From contig JANRJK010000039.1 in the NCBI GenBank assembly GCA_033764015.1, positions 32,001 through 96,000 on the forward strand: 64,000 nt of DNA, in the 5' to 3' direction. This DNA comes from Candidatus Sumerlaeia bacterium. Its GTDB lineage: Bacteria; Sumerlaeota; Sumerlaeia; SLMS01; JANRJK01. The notes beneath the pieces were generated by a model. The model was not told the DNA's origin and made no database searches. It saw only the letters and a list, made by a program, of their open reading frames with translations. Shown piece by piece: positions 57,571 through 64,000 of this stretch. A program made the position numbers and the translations under genes. Numbering within the stretch: the stretch's first letter is position 1; every line of letters starts with the position of its first letter.

Positions 57571-58533
57571 TCACGGCTGCCCGCCTGCCGCCGGCGCCGG
57601 CTCCGCCGCGGGGGCGGGGGGCGTCGCGGCGGGGGGAGCGCCCGGCAGCGGGCGGATCGTGATCTTGGTCTTCTCCTCCTCGGGCGCCGCCTTCGGCGCC
57701 TCCTGGGGAAACGTCGCGCGGACCACGAGCATCGCCTGGCCGCCGGCGTAGCTGATCGGGAACGGTCCCAGCGCCTGCGCGGCTCCGCCTTCCAACCGCA
57801 GGTTCGCCACGGAAATCACCGGCTCCGTCGCGGTCCGCGTCCGCGGCTCCTCGGGCTCGTCGGCGACCGCGTTCCCCGAGTCGTCGAACGTGGTTGTGTC
57901 GTCTTCCATGGGGCGTTCCGAGGTGTCCGCGTCCGACTCGCTCTGTTCGACGGGCACGCCGAGCTCGAGGTTCTTCAGGAAGACGTTCTGCGATTTCCAG
58001 TCGATCGACCCGGCCTCGACGAACAGCACGAACTGGAGCCCGGTGCCGGGATCGACGGGCGTGTAGAGCTGCGTGCGGCGCGATGCGAGGAAGCGTGTGT
58101 TCGCGAACGTGACCGCGCCCTGCCAGCCCTGGGCCGTGACGGTGGCCCTTTCGAGGTCCGTCCGCGGGGTGTCCTCCTCCGTCCCGGGGCCGATCAACGC
58201 CACCTCGACCAGCGCCTGGGGCGTCGGCGCGTCCAAATCGCCGATGAGGCGGAGGGAATCGGAAAGCCAGACCGCCCGGTCGCTCGCCGCCCGGAAGATG
58301 ATCGAGTTGGTCTCCTCGTCGAGCGTCATCGACATGCGGGCCAGCTCGCCCTGCGTGAATCCCTGCTTCAGGTGGCGCTCGACCACCCGGATCACCTCCG
58401 AAGCGTCCCGGTGCCTCAGTTCGACGATCTTCGTGTAGCCGACGGCGGCGGGATCGTCGAAGCCCTGCTGGGCGGCGGCGGGGGAGTAGGCGATCAAGGC
58501 CGCGAGGGCGATGGCGGAGGCGGTGCGCTTCAT
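57571..58533 (-). CDS. secreted protein with a secretin N (NolW-like) domain and a reduced secretin-like C-region
   Basis: Signal peptide AAA-Q; TKIVELRHRDASEV...DEETNSIIF...IGDLDAPTPQALVEVALI. Confidence 0.7.
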   Translation of the reverse strand: MKRTASAIALAALIAYSPAAAQQGFDDPAAVGYTKIVELRHRDASEVIRVVERHLKQGFTQGELARMSMTLDEETNSIIFRAASDRAVWLSDSLRLIGDLDAPTPQALVEVALIGPGTEEDTPRTDLERATVTAQGWQGAVTFANTRFLASRRTQLYTPVDPGTGLQFVLFVEAGSIDWKSQNVFLKNLELGVPVEQSESDADTSERPMEDDTTTFDDSGNAVADEPEEPRTRTATEPVISVANLRLEGGAAQALGPFPISYAGGQAMLVVRATFPQEAPKAAPEEEKTKITIRPLPGAPPAATPPAPAAEPAPAAGGQP

Positions 58534-58610
58534 GGGGGTGGTTGCTCCAGTGTGTTCTGGTGCTGCGGCAATCGGGACGCCGAAGCGGCCCGGCGGGTTT
58601 GGCCGGTGGG

Positions 58611-59057
58611 TCAGCGGCGCGGACTCCGGTGCCGCCGCTCGATCTCGAGGCGGCACAACTCGTCGCAGCGCTCGTTGTCCGGGTTGCCGGCGTGGCCCCG
58701 CACCCAGTGCCACTGGATCCGGTGGCGCTGCGTCGCGGCGTCGAGGCGCTTCCAAAGGTCCACGTTTTTCAGTTCGCCGGTCTTGCGCTTCCAGCCGGCC
58801 CGCTTCCAGCCCGGCATCCACTCGTTGAGGCCCTTCTTCACATACTCCGAGTCCGTGTGCAGCTCGACCTCGCACGGCTCCTTCAGCGCCTCCAGCGACA
58901 TGATCGCGGCGGTCAGCTCCATCTGGTTGTTCGTCGTGTCCTGGTCTCCGCCGACGAGTTCCTTCGATTGGTCGCCGTAGCGCAGCACCGCCGCCCAGGC
59001 GCCCACGCCGGGGTTCGGCTGGCAGCCGCCGTCCGTATGGATCACGACGCGCTTCAC
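58611..59057 (-). CDS. rnhA: ribonuclease HI
   Basis: [38 protein letters not shown]...NERCD. Confidence 0.97.
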   Translation of the reverse strand: MKRVVIHTDGGCQPNPGVGAWAAVLRYGDQSKELVGGDQDTTNNQMELTAAIMSLEALKEPCEVELHTDSEYVKKGLNEWMPGWKRAGWKRKTGELKNVDLWKRLDAATQRHRIQWHWVRGHAGNPDNERCDELCRLEIERRHRSPRR

Positions 59058-59542
59058 GAGTCCGCCCTCCGCGCGAGCGCCGCCAGCCCATCGCCCTCGA
59101 GCCGCATGAGCCGCCACTCGTCGGCGACCTCGGCCCCGAGCGCCCGGTAGCGCGACAGAGCCAGCTCGTTCCAGTGCAGCACGATCCACTCGAGCCGCTT
59201 GGCGCCGCGTCGTCCGCACTCCGCCGCCAGCCACGCCAGCAGCGCAGTGCCCACGCCGTTCCGCCGAGCCGAAGGCGTCACGTAGAGGTCGTGCAGGTGG
59301 ATGCCCGGCGCGGCGAGGAACGTCGAGTAGAGGGGGAAGAAGATCGCCATGCCCACCACCGCGCCGTCGAGCCGCGCCAGGACCGCCTCGCACTGGCGCG
59401 GTTCCCCGAAGAGCGCGGCGCGAAGCGTCTCCGGCGTCGCGGCGCACTGGTCCAGCAGCTTCTCGTACTCTGCCAGCTCGCGCACGAGCCGGCAGAGGTC
59501 GGCTTCGTCGCCCGGCGCGACCGGTGTGATCTCAAGACTCAT
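59054..59542 (-). CDS. GNAT N-acetyltransferase (diamine acetyltransferase-like)
   Basis: [34 protein letters not shown]...Y..LG. Confidence 0.9.
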   Translation of the reverse strand: MSLEITPVAPGDEADLCRLVRELAEYEKLLDQCAATPETLRAALFGEPRQCEAVLARLDGAVVGMAIFFPLYSTFLAAPGIHLHDLYVTPSARRNGVGTALLAWLAAECGRRGAKRLEWIVLHWNELALSRYRALGAEVADEWRLMRLEGDGLAALARRADS

Positions 59543-61016
59543 GGGGTGGGGGCTTCACGGCGTCGGAGGATGGTGGGACTACCTTGCGGAGCGAGCGGAT
59601 ACGGGCGAGGGCCCCCATAATCTCCGGCCGTCCGCCGAAGAACGAGTTGAAGAGGCGCGACCCTTCCAGGCGGTCGGCCAACTCGATGGCGGCGGCGAGC
59701 TGGCCCTCGAGCTCCTCGACGCGGTTGCGCTCGGCCAGCACGAAGCGCTGCCAATCCGCCAGCGGGTTCTGCACTTTTCCGGTGTGCTCGCGGTCGTGGG
59801 CGACGCGGGGGCGCCGGGCCCAACGCACCACCGGGAGGAAGAGCTCCTCCTCGGAGAAGCGCCGGCGCACCTCGCGGCGGAGGCTTTCCGCCTCCGCCTC
59901 GCCCCGGCGTCCGAGCGCAAGCTCGGCCCGCAGCGCGTCCGCCAGCGCGGAGGTGTCGCGCGGGCGCACCGTGCGGATCCAGCGCGCATCCGAAAGCGCA
60001 CGGACGTTTTCGCCCGACTCAGTGCAAACGACTCGCAGGCCGCTCCAAAGCCACCCGATGGTCCGCGTCCGGGCGCCGAGCTCCCCCTCGAGTGTGGGGT
60101 GGTCGCACACCACGGCGACCCACGCTTCGCGGCAGGCGGCGAGGAAGTCGTCGTGTTCGAGCCAGCCGAGCAGGTGGACGCGGTCCGCGAAGGCGCTGGA
60201 GCGGACGCGGTCGCGGAAGCGGCGGAACACATCGACGACCGCGCCGGGGATCTCGCCGCCGGTGGCTGCGAAATGGATCTCGTGGTCCGCCATCATCACC
60301 TTTTGGAGGCCGCCGAACAGCGTCTCCTCGTCGAACCAGTTGTTGAAGCCGCCCGTGGACAGGATCACTGGGGCTCCGGCGGGAATTCCTCGCTCGCGGA
60401 GGAAGCCGGCGCGGGAGGGCGGCAGCTCCTCATGGATCGCCAACACGGGGGGGATCACGTCCACCAGGTCGTGCCCGCAGGTTTGCGCGTTCAGCCGCCC
60501 CGCCGCGCCAAGTTCCCCGAGAAGAGCGAGCCGCTGCGCTTGCGAGCACGCCGAGAACCGGTCCGCCCGCAGCAGCACCGGCAGGACGTACTCCCACGCC
60601 TTCGCCAGCGCGGCGTTGTTGTTCGCCTCCGCCGCCTGCTGCTGCCGCTCCGCCAACGGATGCCCGTAGTAATCCACGTAAAGCGGCCCGGGAAAGCTCG
60701 AGGTCGCGGCGCCAAGCGCCGCCACGTCCGACGTGGCGACCACCGCCTCGATGTTCCGTTGCGTCGAAATGCGGTTGATCGCGGCGCGGAACTCCGCGGG
60801 CTCCGCGGCCACCGCCGCGTGCTCCAGCAGCGGCATCGGGACGGCGCTCTTGGACGGTGCGCCGTCCGGGTTGAAGGGCGCCTCCACCAGCGCCAGCTCG
60901 TGTCCGTCGTTCCTAAGCGAGCGGAGGAACGAGAGCAGCCGCAGCCCCGGCGCGAAGACGTGCCGCTGCTTCGGGTCCGGGAGCGGGCCGATGCCCGCCA
61001 CGAGGATGCGGCTCAA
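59532..61016 (-). CDS. GT-B fold glycosyltransferase (GT4-like)
   Basis: TTG start overlapping the upstream stop; RILVAG, LRADRFSACS..QR, GGFNNWFD, HLLGW, E..LGARTR, GLRVVCT. Confidence 0.8.
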   Translation of the reverse strand: MSRILVAGIGPLPDPKQRHVFAPGLRLLSFLRSLRNDGHELALVEAPFNPDGAPSKSAVPMPLLEHAAVAAEPAEFRAAINRISTQRNIEAVVATSDVAALGAATSSFPGPLYVDYYGHPLAERQQQAAEANNNAALAKAWEYVLPVLLRADRFSACSQAQRLALLGELGAAGRLNAQTCGHDLVDVIPPVLAIHEELPPSRAGFLRERGIPAGAPVILSTGGFNNWFDEETLFGGLQKVMMADHEIHFAATGGEIPGAVVDVFRRFRDRVRSSAFADRVHLLGWLEHDDFLAACREAWVAVVCDHPTLEGELGARTRTIGWLWSGLRVVCTESGENVRALSDARWIRTVRPRDTSALADALRAELALGRRGEAEAESLRREVRRRFSEEELFLPVVRWARRPRVAHDREHTGKVQNPLADWQRFVLAERNRVEELEGQLAAAIELADRLEGSRLFNSFFGGRPEIMGALARIRSLRKVVPPSSDAVKPPPHES

Positions 61017-62377
61017 CGGACCGCCCCGCGCGCCGCGGCGACCAGCGCCCGCGCCCCGTCCTCCGTGGGCGCCTCGGCGAAGACGCGCAGGATCGGCTCC
61101 GTGCCGCTCGCCCGGACCTGCACCCAGCGGTCGGGGAACACGATCTTCAAGCCGTCCGTGTCGTCCGCCTCGCCGCCGGGGAAGAGCGCCGGGAGCCGCG
61201 CCAGGATCGCCTTCGCGTCCAGACCCTCGATGGAGACCTTGTCCTTCACCAGCGTGTAGTCGGGAAACTCCGCGTTCCACTTCGCGAGCGTGCGCCCCTT
61301 CTTCTGAGCCAGCCCGAGCAGGATCAGCGCGATGCCCGTCGCCGCGTCGCGGCCCGGGTGGACCGCCGGCACGATCACGCCGCCGTTTCCTTCGCCACCG
61401 ATCAGCGCGCGCTTCTCGCGGATCATCCCGACAACGTGCGCCTCGCCGACCTTCGACCGGTGGAGCCGGACGCCGTGCTTCGCGGCGAGGTCGTCCAGCG
61501 CCCGCGTGCTCGACAGGTTGGCGACGATTGGTCCCTTTCGCTTGGCGAGCGCCAGGTACGCGTCCGCCGCGAGCAGCAATGTCCGCTCCTCGCCGATGGC
61601 GCGGCCGCACTCGTCCACCAGCGCGAGCCGGTCGGCGTCGGGGTCGATGGCGAAGCCGAGCGCGGCGCCCTCCGCGCAGACGCTCTTTCGCAGCGCGGAG
61701 AGGTTCTCCGGCAACGGCTCCGCCTCGTGGGGAAACTCGCGCGTCGGATCGTCGAAGAGCGCCATCGGCGCCGCGCCGTAGTCCCGCGCGACCGCCGGCG
61801 CAAGGTACGAACCCGCGCCGTTGCAGCAGTCGATCAGCACCTTCAGCCGCCCGCGGCGGATCGGCAGCGCCGCCTGCACCGCCGCGCGGTGCAGCAGCAG
61901 CGACTCCTCCGGCGGGAGCGACACTTCCTCCGCCGGGCGCGCGGCGGGGGAGGGCTCTGGCCCGCCGAGCGCCTCCTTCATCGCGGCGAACTCCTCGGGG
62001 CCGAGGAACACGCCCTTCGCCGTGAAGAACTTCAGCCCGTTGTACGGCGCTGGGTTGTGGCTCGCCGTGATCGCCACCCCGCCGGCGGCTTTGAATTCGC
62101 GCACGAGGATTCCAAAGGTCGGCGTCGGCGCCAGGCCGATGCGGACCACCTCCTTGCCAAGCCGCACCAGGGTGGACACCACGAGCGGTTCGATCCACGC
62201 CCGGGAGGCGCGCGAATCGCCCCCCACCAGCACCATCCGCCCCGGCAGCGTCCGGGCGTAGGCGGACACGAACGCGGCCACCACCTCGGGCGTCAACGCG
62301 TCGCCCACGATCCCGCGCACCCCCGCCACCGACACCATGAGTGGGGAGCGGGCTCCCGGTTCCGCCGTTGTGGCCAT
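61013..62377 (-). CDS. alpha-D-phosphohexomutase (GlmM/PMM-PGM family)
   Basis: VSVAGVRG, GDSR, TASHNP..YNGLK, DPDADR, VGE, GGEGNGG, RASGTEP. Confidence 0.93.
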   Translation of the reverse strand: MATTAEPGARSPLMVSVAGVRGIVGDALTPEVVAAFVSAYARTLPGRMVLVGGDSRASRAWIEPLVVSTLVRLGKEVVRIGLAPTPTFGILVREFKAAGGVAITASHNPAPYNGLKFFTAKGVFLGPEEFAAMKEALGGPEPSPAARPAEEVSLPPEESLLLHRAAVQAALPIRRGRLKVLIDCCNGAGSYLAPAVARDYGAAPMALFDDPTREFPHEAEPLPENLSALRKSVCAEGAALGFAIDPDADRLALVDECGRAIGEERTLLLAADAYLALAKRKGPIVANLSSTRALDDLAAKHGVRLHRSKVGEAHVVGMIREKRALIGGEGNGGVIVPAVHPGRDAATGIALILLGLAQKKGRTLAKWNAEFPDYTLVKDKVSIEGLDAKAILARLPALFPGGEADDTDGLKIVFPDRWVQVRASGTEPILRVFAEAPTEDGARALVAAARGAVR

Positions 62378-62480
62378 CGCTTGCGTCCTCGCGTCCGCGT
62401 GGGATTGAGTCACCATCCGATGGGGCGGGGGCGCGCGCGTCAAGGGCGCCCGCCGCGAACCCGCCACGGAGCCGCATGCC

Positions 62481-62864
62481 ATGGAGTTCCCCGCCCACCT
62501 CTGGGACGATCCCGCCGACCGCGAGCTGGCCCGCGGCGCCGCCGACCTCTTCGCCGACGCGCCGCTGGTGCTGACCGACCGGCTCGCCAACAGCGTCTTC
62601 CTCAGCCCCGCCGCGGAACGCCTCCTCGGCGACCGGGCGCCGGCGCTGGTGAACCGCGCCTGCTACTCGCTCCTCGGCTTCGACTCCGGCGAGCGCCCTC
62701 CGGACGCCCTCGCCACCGCGCTCCTGGGCGAACGCGAGCCCTGGAAGGCGATGGTGCTCCTCGCGGGCCGCGGCTGCCACGTCGAGGCCTCGGCCATCCG
62801 CCGCGGCGCGCGGCTCGTCTGCGGGGTGCTGCGCCTCACGCCGCGCACGGACGGCGGCCGATGA
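62481..62864 (+). CDS. small stand-alone PAS-like domain protein
   Basis: LVLTD....VFLSPAAERLLG.....LVNR.CYSLLG; stop overlaps the next ATG (ATGA). Confidence 0.7.
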   Translation: MEFPAHLWDDPADRELARGAADLFADAPLVLTDRLANSVFLSPAAERLLGDRAPALVNRACYSLLGFDSGERPPDALATALLGEREPWKAMVLLAGRGCHVEASAIRRGARLVCGVLRLTPRTDGGR

Positions 62865-64000
62865 CCGGCCCCCGCGCCACCGCCGTCCTCGCCAGCGGGC
62901 GCGGCTCGAACCTCGAAGCGCTCCTCGAGGCGCAGCGCGCCGGCACGCTCCGGCACGCCCGCATCACGACGGTGCTCGCGAACCGCGAAGGCGTCCGCGC
63001 CCTCGAAGTCGCCCGCGCCCATGGCGTCGAGGCGCTCTGCGTGCCGCACCGCGGCTTCCCCGGCGACCGCCCCGCCCACGAGCGCGCGATCGTTGACTGT
63101 CTCAAGCAACGCGGGATCGAGCTGCTGGTCCTCGCGGGGTACGACCGCCTCCTCGCGGGGCCGCTGCTCGACGCCTTCCCCGGCGCCATGATCAACATCC
63201 ACCCCTCTCTCCTTCCCGCGTTTCCAGGACTCCACGCGGCGCGCCAGGCGGTCGAGTACGGCGTCCGCGTCGCGGGCTGCACGGTGCACTTCGTGACGGC
63301 GGAGATGGACGCGGGCCCCGTGATCCTGCAGCGCTCCGTCGCGGTGCTGCCGGGGGACGACGAGGCGGCGCTCGCCGCGCGGATCCTCGCGGAGGAGCAC
63401 CGCGCGCTGCCCGAGGCGCTCGACCTCGTCGCCGCGGGCGCGCTCCGCATCGAGGGCCGCCGCGTGGTCCCCGTCCGCCGCCTGCCGCTGCTGCTCGCGA
63501 CGGGGAACTCGCACAAGGTCGGCGAGCTCGCCGCGCTGCTCGCGGGGCTGCCGCTCGAACTCCGCACCACGCGCGAGTTCCCCGCGTTCACGGAACCGGA
63601 GGAGGACGGCGGCAGCTACGAGGAGAACGCCCTGCTGAAGGCGCGCGTGTGGCACGAACGCACCGGCCTGTGGTGCCTCGCGGACGACAGCGGCATCGAG
63701 GTGGACGCGCTCGGCGGGCGCCCCGGGCTGCACAGCGCGCGCTACGCGAAGACGGCGGAGGCCCGGAACGCGAAGCTGCTGGCGGAACTGGCCGGCGCGC
63801 CGGAGGCCCGCCGCGGCGCCCGCTTCGTCTGCGTCGCGGCGCTGGTCGGCCCCGGCGTCGAACACAGCGCCCGCGGCACCATCGAAGGCCGCATCGCGGA
63901 GCAGCCCCGCGGCGCCCACGGCTTCGGTTACGACCCCATTTTCGTCCCGTCCGAGTTCGCGCCCAGCCACCTCGCGGAATTGCCGGAGGAGCTGAAGAAC
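62861..64000 (+). CDS. purN: fusion of phosphoribosylglycinamide formyltransferase (PurN) and RdgB/HAM1 non-canonical purine NTP pyrophosphatase; 3'-partial, absent from the ORF track
   Basis: Manual translation from ATG 62861: VLASGRGSNL, LAGY, INIHPSLLPAFPG, GCTVHFV..MDAGP, ILAEEH; in frame without a stop into LLATGNSHK, ENALLKA, ADDSG, PGLHSAR, GFGYDPIF. Confidence 0.92.
   Translation, partial: MTGPRATAVLASGRGSNLEALLEAQRAGTLRHARITTVLANREGVRALEVARAHGVEALCVPHRGFPGDRPAHERAIVDCLKQRGIELLVLAGYDRLLAGPLLDAFPGAMINIHPSLLPAFPGLHAARQAVEYGVRVAGCTVHFVTAEMDAGPVILQRSVAVLPGDDEAALAARILAEEHRALPEALDLVAAGALRIEGRRVVPVRRLPLLLATGNSHKVGELAALLAGLPLELRTTREFPAFTEPEEDGGSYEENALLKARVWHERTGLWCLADDSGIEVDALGGRPGLHSARYAKTAEARNAKLLAELAGAPEARRGARFVCVAALVGPGVEHSARGTIEGRIAEQPRGAHGFGYDPIFVPSEFAPSHLAELPEELKN

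Noticed and set aside
57571..59447. Apparent fusions involving rnhA, the GNAT gene or the secretin-like gene
   Set aside because: Separate genes in different frames with their own starts and stops; the overlap arises from ORF over-extension
1..64000. CRISPR arrays, tRNA/rRNA, transposases, integrases, prophage or defence islands
   Set aside because: No repeat-spacer pattern, RNA gene signature, mobile-element motif or obvious compositional island seen; intergenic gaps are short

Overview
GC-rich (roughly 70% by eye) bacterial chromosomal segment, densely coding, with about 53 credible CDS and no rRNA, tRNA, CRISPR array or mobile element that I could detect. The organism is a diderm (lpxK) that also encodes the c-di-AMP module cdaA-cdaR. 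A lineage such as Sumerlaeota/BRC1 is only a low-confidence impression. Housekeeping genes: plsY, lpxK, ftsY, pdxJ, ychF, mtnA, nth, polX, uvrA, hom, iscX, nadA, ftsK, csp, rnhA, phosphohexomutase, purN. Accessory content includes an alpha-glucan locus (CBM48 tandem protein, CBM20-esterase, GH13), a lipid-modification operon resembling furan-fatty-acid synthesis with a DUF1365-methyltransferase fusion, and many secreted proteins of unknown function. Top leads: (1) four unrelated signal-peptide proteins share a C-terminal G-hydrophobic-x-[VIL]-x-COOH tail, a candidate sorting/secretion signal, and a miniature secretin-like protein lies in the same window; (2) the furan-fatty-acid-like operon; (3) an in-frame PurN-RdgB fusion at the right edge that the ORF track missed; (4) a terminator-bounded pair of single-TM all-helical proteins; (5) a structured nadA leader. 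Many starts were trimmed from the ORF track by eye, and all domain calls come from motif recognition, not searches.
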